Shown: in pieces, positions 55,327 to 64,000 of the stretch
Numbering within the stretch: position 1 is the first letter of the stretch
Layout: every line of letters starts with the position of its first letter
NCBI GenBank assembly: GCA_046758745.1
Contig: JBHIAV010000007.1
Coordinates: forward strand, 1 to 64,000
DNA from: Gemmatimonadota bacterium
Lineage (GTDB): Bacteria; Gemmatimonadota; Gemmatimonadetes; Palauibacterales; Palauibacteraceae
Reading direction: 5' to 3'
Length of the DNA stretch: 64,000 nucleotides
Notes under the pieces: generated by a model
What the model was told of the DNA's origin: nothing
The model's input: the letters and a program-made list of their open reading frames with translations, nothing else
The model's database searches: none
Position numbers and translations under genes: made by a program

Positions 55327-57015
55327 ATGCGTATTCCCCGCTCCCTGGTACCGGCGCTCGCCGTGGCGATCCTCGCTCTGGTTACGGGCGGCTGGTTCCT
55401 CCAGCAGGGCACCCGCGGCCAAGAGAGCGTCCTGTTCAAGGCCCGCCTGCTCGAAGAGGTCCACCGTCTGGTGTCGGAGCGTTACGTCGAGGAGATCGAC
55501 CCAGCCGAGCTGTACCAGATGGCGATCGACGGGATGTTGCGGGAGGTTGGCGATCCCTATTCCGTGTTTCTCACTCCGGAAGACTTCGCGGATCTGCAGC
55601 TCAGCACGACCGGCAACTACGGCGGGCTCGGCATCCGAATTCAGAAGAAGGGTTCGTGGATCACCGTGATGGGCGTCCTCCCGAACACCCCCGCCGAGCG
55701 GCGAGGTCTCCAGACCGGTGACCGGATCGTGGAGGTCGACGGGGAATCCGCCGAGGATTGGACAGAGGAACAGGCCGTCAACACGCTGCGCGGCGAGAAG
55801 GGGAGCTCCGTGACCATCAGCGTCGCGCGGGTCGGGGTGGATCGGCCGCTCACCTTCACGATCGAGCGCGACGCGATACACGTCAAGGCCATCGAGTCGT
55901 TCATGCTGGACGACCGGGTCGGCTATGTACGGCTGGGGGGCTTCAACAAGGAAGCGACGAAGGAACTGCGCTCGGCGATCGAAGACCTGCGGGAGAGCGG
56001 CGCGCAGGCTCTCCTCTTGGATCTCCGCTGGAACACCGGCGGCCTGCTCGACGAGGGGGTGGCGATCGCAGACCTCTTCCTCCCTCGTGGCGCCGAGGTG
56101 GTTTCCACCCGATCCCGGCTGGAGGATCAGAACTTCACCTTCCGGGCGGCGGGTCCCGATGCAGTGCCCAACCTGCCGCTCGCCGTACTGGTGAACGAGG
56201 GTAGCGCGAGCGCTTCGGAGATCCTGGCGGGCGCGCTCCAGGATTACGATCGGGCACTGGTCCTCGGCACCGCCACCTTCGGGAAAGGTTCCGTCCAATC
56301 GCTGTATTCGCTGCCGGGCGGCAACCACCTCAAGCTCACGACGGCTCGCTGGTACACGCCGAGCGGACGCTCCATCCACAAGGACAGGCGGGATGAGGAT
56401 GAGCTGCTCGCCGGGGGAGCCGGAATGGCGCTGTCGGCCGAGGGCACTCCGATCGAGACGGTCGTCGACACGGCGGGCCGGGAGGTGTTCCGCACGGTCG
56501 GCGGTCGCCCCGTATATGGAGGCGGCGGGATCACCCCCGATCTGATCGTGCTTCCCGATACGGCGACCCTGCGCGAGCGCGAGTTCGTCACCGAGATCGC
56601 GAAGGCGGAAGCGTCCTTCGTCGATGCGGCTTTTCAGTTCGGTGTGCGGTGGAAGGTGGAGCATCCGGATCTGGAAGAGGACTTCGAGGTGACTCCGGCG
56701 ATGCGGGACGCCTTCTACCGTGAGCTGGTGGAGAGGATCGGCGGTGGAATCGATCGGGCGCTGTACGATGACGCTCGTGGCCTCGTCGACCAACAGCTCG
56801 CAGTGCAGATTGCGAACGCCGCGTTCGGCGAGACGGCGCGCCTCAAGCGGAGACTACGCGAGGACCGGCAGGTCGAGGAGGCGTTGAGGCTGCTACGCGA
56901 GGCGGACTCTCCGGGCGGGCTCTTCACCCTCGCCGCCGCGCACAGAAAAGCCGCGGTGGAAGCCGCGAGCGCCGAGCTGGACGACGCACGCGCCGTGGCA
57001 CAGCCACCGCACTGA
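55327..57015 (+). CDS. ctpA: Carboxy-terminal processing protease (S41A) with PDZ domain
   Basis: DPYS, GGLGI, DLR.N.GG, SASASEI.AGALQD, TFGKGSVQ, GGGITPD. Confidence 0.95.
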   Translation: MRIPRSLVPALAVAILALVTGGWFLQQGTRGQESVLFKARLLEEVHRLVSERYVEEIDPAELYQMAIDGMLREVGDPYSVFLTPEDFADLQLSTTGNYGGLGIRIQKKGSWITVMGVLPNTPAERRGLQTGDRIVEVDGESAEDWTEEQAVNTLRGEKGSSVTISVARVGVDRPLTFTIERDAIHVKAIESFMLDDRVGYVRLGGFNKEATKELRSAIEDLRESGAQALLLDLRWNTGGLLDEGVAIADLFLPRGAEVVSTRSRLEDQNFTFRAAGPDAVPNLPLAVLVNEGSASASEILAGALQDYDRALVLGTATFGKGSVQSLYSLPGGNHLKLTTARWYTPSGRSIHKDRRDEDELLAGGAGMALSAEGTPIETVVDTAGREVFRTVGGRPVYGGGGITPDLIVLPDTATLREREFVTEIAKAEASFVDAAFQFGVRWKVEHPDLEEDFEVTPAMRDAFYRELVERIGGGIDRALYDDARGLVDQQLAVQIANAAFGETARLKRRLREDRQVEEALRLLREADSPGGLFTLAAAHRKAAVEAASAELDDARAVAQPPH

Positions 57016-57084
57016 GGGCGAGCGAGCGTTCGACGGGGTCCGGACGTCGCCCGATGGATCCGTCGCGGGCGCTGGAGGCTGTCG

Positions 57085-57123
57085 AAAAAGCGAGGCGCCC
57101 GGCCTGATCGGTTGGGCGCCTCG
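57085..57123 (-). terminator. Rho-independent terminator of hup
   Basis: CGAGGCGCCC/GGGCGCCTCG 10-bp stem followed by TTTTT on the minus strand. Confidence 0.8.
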
Positions 57124-57180
57124 GCATCTCTGGGAGCGGACGGCGAAGACGCGTACGCTCGCTCCTACGGCGGAGCGCGG

Positions 57181-57474
57181 CTACTCGCGGACGCGATCCT
57201 TGAGACCCTTCCCGGCGCGGAAAGATACTGACTTGCGCGCCTGGATCATGATCTCCTCACCGGTCTGCGGATTCCGGCCCTTGCGAGCCTTGGTGTTTCG
57301 GGTTCGGAACGTGCCGAAGCCCGTGATGGTGAAGTCACGGTCGGCGTCCAGCTCCGTGGCGATGATCCCCTCCCGGGGCTTGGTCGAGAAGATCGCCTCG
57401 ATCACGTCCATCGCCTTCGCCTTGGAGAGGTCGGTTTGCTTCGCGAGCTTCTCCGCGAATTCCTGTTTCGTCAC
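57181..57474 (-). CDS. hup: HU family DNA-binding protein
   Basis: TK.E....LA, I.GFGTF, ARKGRNPQTGE.I.I.A....F..GK.LKD.V; own AAGGAG SD before GTG. Confidence 0.95.
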   Translation of the reverse strand: MTKQEFAEKLAKQTDLSKAKAMDVIEAIFSTKPREGIIATELDADRDFTITGFGTFRTRNTKARKGRNPQTGEEIMIQARKSVSFRAGKGLKDRVRE

Positions 57475-57984
57475 GCTCCGCTCCTTTGGTGATGAGGGGA
57501 ACTCCTCCGCAGGACGCCCCATTATGTCGGCCGCATCCTCGCTTCGCAAGACAGCCGCGCCCTGTTCGTCTCCCCCCCGAGATGGCTCCTCGAGCAGTTG
57601 GCGAACCCGCTGCTCGATGAGGTCGCGGAGCGCCCGGAAGCGGTCGTCGGGGACGTCTTTCGCATCCGGGATCGCCCAGTCGAGCCGCCGGGCGGCCGGC
57701 ACGTGGGGGCACGCATCACCGCACCCCATGGTGATGACCACGTCGAACGAGAGACCCGCCATCTCCTCGAGGCCCTTCGAGCGGTGGGACCTCAGATCGA
57801 TGCCTCGCTCGCGCATCAGGCGGACGGCACGCGGGTCCACCTTCCCCGAAGGGTGAGAGCCTGCACTGTACGCCTCCACCCGGCCCCGGCCGAGCGCACG
57901 GGCGAAGCCCTCCGCCATCTGGGAACGACAGGAGTTCTCCACACACACGAAGAGCCACCGGGTCACGTCCGGGCCGATTGCCAT
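57475..57984 (-). CDS. arsC: LMW-PTP-fold arsenate reductase; ORF runs in frame into hup with no stop
   Basis: FVCVENSCRSQMAE P-loop, SAGS, TMGCGDACP, DW.IPD. Confidence 0.88.
57521..57549 (-). promoter_or_regulatory. Sigma70 promoter TTGCGA-N17-CATAAT for hup
   Basis: Near-consensus boxes, 17-bp spacer, about 47 nt upstream of the GTG. Confidence 0.7.
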
Positions 57985-58138
57985 GGCCGCGCAAGCTAGG
58001 CCTTCTTCCTCGCCCTGTCATTCGGCGCCAGCGGGGTTGACTTTCGGGGAGCGTGTCCAGAGTGTTCCGCGCCTCCGGCAGCTCGGCCCAGGCGCCGCCA
58101 TCGCGCCGGATCCGTTCCACATTCCGCGGGAGACGTGC

Positions 58139-59818
58139 ATGCCGACCCCGGTTGCCGGTGAGGGTCCCGAACGAGGAGCGCCGGCTCCTCAGGCCGAGCG
58201 CTGGGATCGGTTCGTGGCCGAGTTCGTGGAGGCATACCTCGAGGCCAACCCGACGGCGGCCGTTCACCTGGGGCGGCACGAGTTCGATGGTCGGCTCCCC
58301 GACTGGAGCCGAGCGGGACTGGAAGGCGAAGTCGCCCGGCTGCAGAGATCTCGCGAGAGGGCACTCGAGTTCCCGCCCGACGGGCTGGACGACCGGCGCG
58401 CCTTCGAGCGTGACTACCTGCTGGCCGTGGTCGACGGCGAGATCTTCTGGCTCGACGCGGTGGGCTGGCCGTTTCGCTCGCCGACCCATTACGCGTGGCC
58501 GCTCGATCCAACCGTCTATCTGATGCGGGAATACGCTCCCCTCGAGGAGCGCATGCTGGGGTTCATCGGGTGGGCGCGGGCGGTGCCGGAAGCGGCGCTC
58601 CGCATCAGGGAAAACCTGTCAGGCCCGATGCCCCGCACGTACGTGGAGATCGGCCGGACGTCCTTCGGCGGCCTGGCCTCGTACCTGGAGGGCGATGCCC
58701 CCCGCGCCTTCGGGGCCGTGTGCAACGAGGCGCTCCACCGACAGCTGCGCGAAGCAGTGGGTGGTGCGGTGCGGGCGCTCCGGGAATTGGACGAATGGTT
58801 CGCCTCGCGAGAGGCGGAGGCGGGTGAGGCGTACGCGCTCGGACCCGAGATGTTCGCCCGCATGCTGCAGGCGACGGAGCGCGTGAATGTTCCGCTGGAC
58901 GAGCTCGAGCGGGCCGGACGCGAGGAGCTGGAGCGGGAGCTGGCGGCGCTCCAGGAGGCATGCGCGGCCTACGCGCCCGGGATCCCGGCGGCCCGGTGCA
59001 TCTCCCGAATGCGAGCGAAGAAACCCGAGGGAGGACCGGTGGAAGGGGCGCGGCGGCAGCTCGGGACCCTGCGATCGTTCGTCCTCGAGCGAGATCTGGT
59101 GACGATCCCGGACGGGGGGGAGGCGAGGGTGGCGCAATCGCCGCCCCACATGCGATGGAACGCGGCCTACATCGACATCCCGGGTCCGTTCGAGCAGGGA
59201 GTGCCGGCCGTGTTCTACCTGGCGCCACCGGATCCCGCGTGGAGCGCTGCGGAACGCGACGCGTACCTGCCCGGAGAAGCCGACCTCCTCTTCGTGTCGG
59301 CGCACGAGGTGTGGCCGGGCCATTACCTGCATTTTCTCCACGCGAACCACTCCCTGAACGCCCTCGGTCGTGTCTTCGTCGGGTATGCCTTCTCCGAGGG
59401 GTGGGCGCACTATACCGAGGAGATGATGTGGGAGGCGGGTCTGGGTGGCGGAGACGCCGAGACCCGCATCGGACAGCTGATGAACAGTCTCCTTCGGACG
59501 GTTCGTCTGCTGGTGGCGATCGGGCTGCATACCGGGACGAAGACGGTACCGGAGGCGGAGCGCATGTTCCGCGAGGTGGCCTTCCAGGACGCGGCGAACG
59601 CGCGTCAGCAGGCGGCGCGCGGCACGTTTGATCCCGCCTACCTGAACTACACCCTCGGCAAGCTGCTCATACGGAGGATGCGGCAGGACTGGACCGCCCC
59701 ACGCGGCGGAAGAACCGCGTGGCGCGAGTTCCACGACCGGTTGCTCTCCTACGGCGGTCCGCCGCTCCCGCTCGTGCGGGCGGCCATGCTGGGTGATGGC
59801 GGGAGCTCGCTGCTGTAG
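58139..59818 (+). CDS. DUF885-family putative metallopeptidase
   Basis: P..A...G.H.FDG.LPD, HE.WPGH..H, EGWAHY.E, Y..GKL. Confidence 0.9.
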   Translation: MPTPVAGEGPERGAPAPQAERWDRFVAEFVEAYLEANPTAAVHLGRHEFDGRLPDWSRAGLEGEVARLQRSRERALEFPPDGLDDRRAFERDYLLAVVDGEIFWLDAVGWPFRSPTHYAWPLDPTVYLMREYAPLEERMLGFIGWARAVPEAALRIRENLSGPMPRTYVEIGRTSFGGLASYLEGDAPRAFGAVCNEALHRQLREAVGGAVRALRELDEWFASREAEAGEAYALGPEMFARMLQATERVNVPLDELERAGREELERELAALQEACAAYAPGIPAARCISRMRAKKPEGGPVEGARRQLGTLRSFVLERDLVTIPDGGEARVAQSPPHMRWNAAYIDIPGPFEQGVPAVFYLAPPDPAWSAAERDAYLPGEADLLFVSAHEVWPGHYLHFLHANHSLNALGRVFVGYAFSEGWAHYTEEMMWEAGLGGGDAETRIGQLMNSLLRTVRLLVAIGLHTGTKTVPEAERMFREVAFQDAANARQQAARGTFDPAYLNYTLGKLLIRRMRQDWTAPRGGRTAWREFHDRLLSYGGPPLPLVRAAMLGDGGSSLL

Positions 59819-59938
59819 GGGGGACCGCGGGGGAGGCCGCCGCGGCCGCGATGGTCGGCGTCGCGTTGACCCCGCGCGGCGTGGGCCCTTTCGTCCGGGG
59901 CCGGTGGGGAGGAGGACCGATCGCGATGGGAGGGGAAT

Positions 59939-60988
59939 CTGGCGGCGGCCAACGTAGTTCGCGTCACCCGCGGCACGCGGACGGAGTCCCTGCACGCCCT
60001 GCACGGTGTGGTGGTCGGTCTGAAAACGGGAGTCGAGGCCGGCTTCGGCGATCCGGAGCTCCCGGCCTTCTGGCGCTCTGCCATGAAGCCCTTTCAGGCC
60101 CTGCCGCTCGTGGCGGACGGAGCGGCACATGCGTTCGGTTTCGGCCCAGAGGATCTCGCCCTCGCCTGCGCCTCCCACGGCGGCACCGCGATGCATGTCG
60201 ACCGGGCCAGGGCGATGCTGGAGCGAATCGGCACCGATGTGCAAGCGCTCATCTGCGGGCCGCACGCGCCGTTCGATGGGGCATCCGCCGAGCGGATCCT
60301 CCGGGAGGGCGGGACCTTCACCCGGCTGCACAACAACTGCTCCGGAAAGCACACCGGCCTCCTCGCCTTGGCTCGCCACCACGGCTGGCCACTCCAGGGG
60401 TACGAGAGGATGGACCACCCCGTCCAGCTCCGCCTGCGTGGCGGCCTCTCGCCGTGGCTGGACACGGACCCGGATGAGCTGACCTGGTCGGTCGATGGGT
60501 GCGGAGTCCCGACACCGTACCTGCCGCTCCGAGCGATGGCCCGGGCGTATGCCCGTCTGGTGGCGGCGGCCCGCGAGGGAGAGCCGGCGCCACGCGCCGT
60601 TGTCGAGGCGATGACGTCCCACCCCGAGCTTACCTCCTCGGCGAGCCGCACACCGCTCGTCCTCATGCAGGCCACGCGGGGGCGGCTCCTGGCCAAGGAA
60701 GGGGCCGAGGGCGTCCTGTGTGTGGCCGCGCCGCGCGAGGGATGGGCACTGGCGCTGAAGATCGTGGACGGCCGCCGGCGAGCCGTTGGACCGGCCGCGG
60801 TAGAGATGCTGGTCGCGCTCGACCTCCTGGATGGGGAGGAACTGATCGGGCTGGAGGAGCAGCGTCACGTGCCGGTTCGGGACACCAGGGGTCAAACGGT
60901 CGGCGTGATCCTGGGAGAGGTAGAGCCGCACCTCGCGTCGGCCCCAGCCGGTGGGGTAAGGCCGATGGGGGGCCGTTCGGGGCGGTGA
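59939..60988 (+). CDS. L-asparaginase II (Rhizobium AnsA-type)
   Basis: TRG...ES.H, RSAMKPFQA, ACASH.G, NCSGKH, DGCG.P, AK.GAEG, KI.DG; start probably CTG 59939. Confidence 0.9.
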   Translation: MAAANVVRVTRGTRTESLHALHGVVVGLKTGVEAGFGDPELPAFWRSAMKPFQALPLVADGAAHAFGFGPEDLALACASHGGTAMHVDRARAMLERIGTDVQALICGPHAPFDGASAERILREGGTFTRLHNNCSGKHTGLLALARHHGWPLQGYERMDHPVQLRLRGGLSPWLDTDPDELTWSVDGCGVPTPYLPLRAMARAYARLVAAAREGEPAPRAVVEAMTSHPELTSSASRTPLVLMQATRGRLLAKEGAEGVLCVAAPREGWALALKIVDGRRRAVGPAAVEMLVALDLLDGEELIGLEEQRHVPVRDTRGQTVGVILGEVEPHLASAPAGGVRPMGGRSGR

Positions 60989-61644
60989 GCGCGACGCTCC
61001 CGCGGGATGTGGCGGCGCTGGTCGAGCTGTCGGCGGCGGTCGCGGCCCGGGACCCGGAGGCTCGGCGTGCCGCGATGGCGCGGGCCTCGGTCGAGGCGGA
61101 TCCGCGCGAGGCGGAGGAAGCGCTCCTCCAGCTCTACCTGTTCTTGGGCTTTCCGGCCGCCCTCAACGCGCTCCGGGAGTGGCGCACGGTGTCGGGGCGG
61201 TCCCCGCCCCGTGAAGTGGATGGGGCGGACCGGGGGCATGAGAGATGGGAGGAACAACGAGGCGAAGCGGTGTGCGCTCTGGTGTACGGAGCGAGCTACA
61301 AGCGGCTGCGAGGGAACGTGCGGCGGCTGCATCCGGCGCTCGACCGGTGGATGGTGACGGAGGGATACGGGAAGGTGCTCGGGCGCCCGGCGCTCGGCCT
61401 GGTTCGCAGGGAGCTGTGCATCGTCGGCATGCTGGCGGTCACGGGATGGGAGCCGCAGCTTCACTCGCACCTGCGCGGCGCGCTGAATGCGGGCGCGGGG
61501 CCGGACGAGGTCGGGGCAGCCCTCGAGATCGGGCTCGCGCATGCGCCGCGGAACGGCTGGCCGCAGCGGGCCAGAAAGTTGTGGCGACACGTGCGGGAGC
61601 GACACGCGCGAACGCCTCGGATCGACGGAGACGTACATTCATAA
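60985..61644 (+). CDS. Carboxymuconolactone decarboxylase/AhpD-like protein
   Basis: E.LLQ.YLF.GFP..LNA; YG.VLGRP.L....RELC; QL.SHL.GALNAGA; GTGA overlap. Confidence 0.85.
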   Translation: MSATLPRDVAALVELSAAVAARDPEARRAAMARASVEADPREAEEALLQLYLFLGFPAALNALREWRTVSGRSPPREVDGADRGHERWEEQRGEAVCALVYGASYKRLRGNVRRLHPALDRWMVTEGYGKVLGRPALGLVRRELCIVGMLAVTGWEPQLHSHLRGALNAGAGPDEVGAALEIGLAHAPRNGWPQRARKLWRHVRERHARTPRIDGDVHS

Positions 61645-61700
61645 TATACTGCGGTCATGGAAGGTTAAGTAAAGTCATCTCACAGACTACTTCAGACTCA

Positions 61701-62741
61701 ATGTTCATAGATCTCGCTAGGATTCGCGTGAAGGGGGGGGCCGGTGGTGCGGGGGCCGTGGCCTTCCGGCGCGAGAAGGGAGTACCCCGTGGCGGGCCGA
61801 GCGGCGGTGACGGCGGTCGGGGAGGGCACGTGATCCTGGTGGCCGACCCCCAGCTCGACACGCTCCTCGACTACAGCTATCGAGAGAACTACGAGGCGGG
61901 GCGGGCGGGCCACGGCGAAGGCTCCCGTCGTACGGGGGCGGACGGGGAGGATCTCGTGCTTCCCGTTCCGCTCGGCACGGTGGTGCGGGATGCCGAGACG
62001 GGCGAGAGGCTCGGCGAGCTGCTTGCCCGCGGCGACCGCGTGGTCGTGGCCCGGGGCGGGCGCGGCGGACGCGGCAACGCGGCGTTCGCCACGCCCACTC
62101 GACAGGCACCCCGCCGGTGGGAGCCGGGCGAATGGGGGGAAGAGCGCCGCATCGAGCTCGAGCTCAAGCTCATCGCCGACGTCGGCTTGGTCGGGGAGCC
62201 GAACGCCGGCAAGTCCACGCTGCTGGCGTCGCTGTCCGCGGCCCGGCCGAAGATCGCCGATTACCCGTTCACCACTCTGGAGCCCAACCTCGGCGTCGTG
62301 GCGCTTTCGGAGGGCAGGTCGTTCGTTCTCGCGGACATCCCGGGGATCATCGAGGGGGCGCACGAGGGCAGGGGGCTCGGCACCCAGTTCCTCCGGCACA
62401 TCGAGCGGACTCGCGTCCTGGCGCTTCTCGTACCCATGGACGCGCCGGATCCACAGGCCGCCTACGACATGCTGCGCAGCGAGCTCCTCGCCCACGACAC
62501 GGCGCTCGCCCGCATCCCGCACTGCGTTCTCCTCACCAAGTCGGACATCGTTGCCGCGCATCCGCGCCCGCCCGCGCTGGCGGCTCCGGATGCGTGGGGT
62601 TGCTTCACCGTCTCGGCGGTGACGGGGGAGGGTCTCGGGGAGCTGTGCGAGGCGCTGTGGAAGAAGGCTCGCGAGGAACGGACACGATCGGCTACCCCGC
62701 AGGCCGATCCGTTTCCCGAGCTCGAAGAGTGGAGGCCCTAG
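61701..62741 (+). CDS. obgE: GTPase ObgE
   Basis: MFID, FRREK.VP.GGP.GGDGG.GG, ELK.IADVGLVG.PNAGKS, YPFTT, DIPG, TKSD. Confidence 0.97.
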   Translation: MFIDLARIRVKGGAGGAGAVAFRREKGVPRGGPSGGDGGRGGHVILVADPQLDTLLDYSYRENYEAGRAGHGEGSRRTGADGEDLVLPVPLGTVVRDAETGERLGELLARGDRVVVARGGRGGRGNAAFATPTRQAPRRWEPGEWGEERRIELELKLIADVGLVGEPNAGKSTLLASLSAARPKIADYPFTTLEPNLGVVALSEGRSFVLADIPGIIEGAHEGRGLGTQFLRHIERTRVLALLVPMDAPDPQAAYDMLRSELLAHDTALARIPHCVLLTKSDIVAAHPRPPALAAPDAWGCFTVSAVTGEGLGELCEALWKKAREERTRSATPQADPFPELEEWRP

Positions 62742-62755
62742 CCGGGGCCGGGGCC

Positions 62756-63904
62756 GTGGAGTCGGCGTCGAGCGCCGGGGCGAGGGAGACGCGGGCCGCC
62801 CTCGCTCTGGCCGAGGCGCCGGGCTTCGGGCCGGCGATCCTGCGCGTCCTCATCGACCGCCTCGGCTCGGCGACCGCCGTCCTGGCTGCGCGGCCGTCGG
62901 AGCTGGCCGATGCGCCCGGGATGACGGAGGAGCGCGCTCTGTGTCTCTCCGCGCTGAGGCCGGTGCCGGAGGAGCATCTCCACCGGCTCGCCCGGCGTGG
63001 GATCCGGGTCGTGAGCTACGGGGCACCAGGGTATCCGGAGCGACTGGCCCACCTGCATCACCCTCCACCGGTGCTGTACCTGCTCGGCCCACTCGACGCG
63101 CCGGTCCGCCGCGCCGTGGCCGTGGTCGGCACGCGCCGCGCGACGGAGTACGGCCGCCGAACCGCGCGCGGCCTGGCCGCGGATCTCGCCGCCGCCGGCT
63201 GGACGGTGGTGAGCGGCCTGGCGCGGGGCATCGATGCCGCCGCGCACCGCGGCGCCCTCGAGGCGAGGGGCGCGACGGTCGGAGTCCTCGGAAGCGGGCT
63301 CGACCACGCCTTTCCCGCTTCGAGCCGACCGCTCTACGCTGCGCTTCGCCGCCGGGGGCTCCTGATCAGCGAGTTCGCGCCCGGGGTGGCGCCGGCGCGC
63401 GGTCTCTTTCCCCGGCGAAACCGCATCATCGCGGCCCTCGCCGACGCGGTCGTGGTGGTGCAGGCCGGGTCGCGCAGCGGGGCGCTGATCACGGTCGCGC
63501 ACGCGCTCGACCTGGGGCGCGAAGTGCTCGCGGTGCCGGGCCAGGTCGGTCACCCGGGCAGTGAAGGGGTGCACGCCCTCTTGCGGGACGGCGCCCACCT
63601 GGCGACCTGCGCGGCCGATGTGCTCACCGCCCTGGGCGAGGAGCCGCCGACACGGCTTGACGAAGGCGGGCCCGCCGCCGGGCATGCGGATCCGGACGAG
63701 GCCGCCCTGCTGATCGCGATGGCGCGAGGCATCGAGGCGGCCGACGACCTCGCCGCTGCGGCCAGGCTCGACATCGGCCGGGCGCTGGCCGCCCTGAGCC
63801 GCTTGGAGATCCGGGGTGCCGTGCGGGCGCTTCCCGGCGGCCGCTTTGCCTCTGAGGCGACACCGCTCCCGAGCGGTCCGGGCCCCGCATCGGCGAGGAA
63901 CTGA
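62756..63904 (+). CDS. dprA: DNA-processing protein DprA
   Basis: YP..L.....PP..LY, AVVGTR..T.YG, VSGLARGID..AH, FP.RNRII, SGALIT, GREV.AVPG; start uncertain. Confidence 0.95.
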   Translation: MESASSAGARETRAALALAEAPGFGPAILRVLIDRLGSATAVLAARPSELADAPGMTEERALCLSALRPVPEEHLHRLARRGIRVVSYGAPGYPERLAHLHHPPPVLYLLGPLDAPVRRAVAVVGTRRATEYGRRTARGLAADLAAAGWTVVSGLARGIDAAAHRGALEARGATVGVLGSGLDHAFPASSRPLYAALRRRGLLISEFAPGVAPARGLFPRRNRIIAALADAVVVVQAGSRSGALITVAHALDLGREVLAVPGQVGHPGSEGVHALLRDGAHLATCAADVLTALGEEPPTRLDEGGPAAGHADPDEAALLIAMARGIEAADDLAAAARLDIGRALAALSRLEIRGAVRALPGGRFASEATPLPSGPGPASARN

Positions 63905-64000
63905 TGGACGGCAGAGGGCCGGTGGTGCGGATCGACGCCGCGGAAGGAGCGAACCTGGCGGGCGCCCCGGAGCCGCTCAGCCTGTATGTGCACTTTCCCT
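63904..64000 (+). CDS. N-terminus of a HemW/HemN-like radical SAM protein (3'-truncated)
   Basis: TGATG overlap with dprA; translates ...PLSLYVHFP, like the LYxHxPFC start of HemN-family proteins. Confidence 0.65.
   Translation, partial: MDGRGPVVRIDAAEGANLAGAPEPLSLYVHFP

Overview
A GC-rich (roughly 70% by eye), gene-dense bacterial chromosomal segment. The SusC/SusD pair, many lipoproteins and the gene orders rpmE-prfA-prmC, tmk-S41 and obgE-dprA-hemW suggest Gemmatimonadota (inference, not tested). About 55 genes are recognisable. They cover envelope/secreted functions (S8, S41 and M24 peptidases, TPM-NTase-LemA, ECF sigma/anti-sigma/Spy-like, SusC/D, ZIP x2, DASS), DNA repair (AddAB-like helicase-nuclease, Lhr, Rv2578c/PA0069-type radical SAM, DprA), inositol-lipid synthesis (ino1 plus a CDP-alcohol phosphotransferase) and translation genes. 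I saw no rRNA, tRNA, CRISPR array or transposase. The best candidate for an undescribed system is 22.3-23.73 kb. It holds two tandem copies of a cassette: ECF-like promoter, conserved 7-codon leader ORF, 92-aa protein of unknown function, structured 3' UTR. In each copy the 5' and 3' UTRs are complementary, with copy-specific compensatory changes. The cassettes face a convergent, promoter-driven ~220-nt structured RNA whose 9-nt hairpin loop is exactly antisense to the leader-ORF start of both copies, a layout reminiscent of hok/mok/sok. Other oddities are an in-frame ArsC-HU read-through ORF, an AddB lacking its Fe-S cysteines, a 20-codon ORF with its own promoter and terminator, and two gene remnants. 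All RNA structures were paired by eye and no database search was run.
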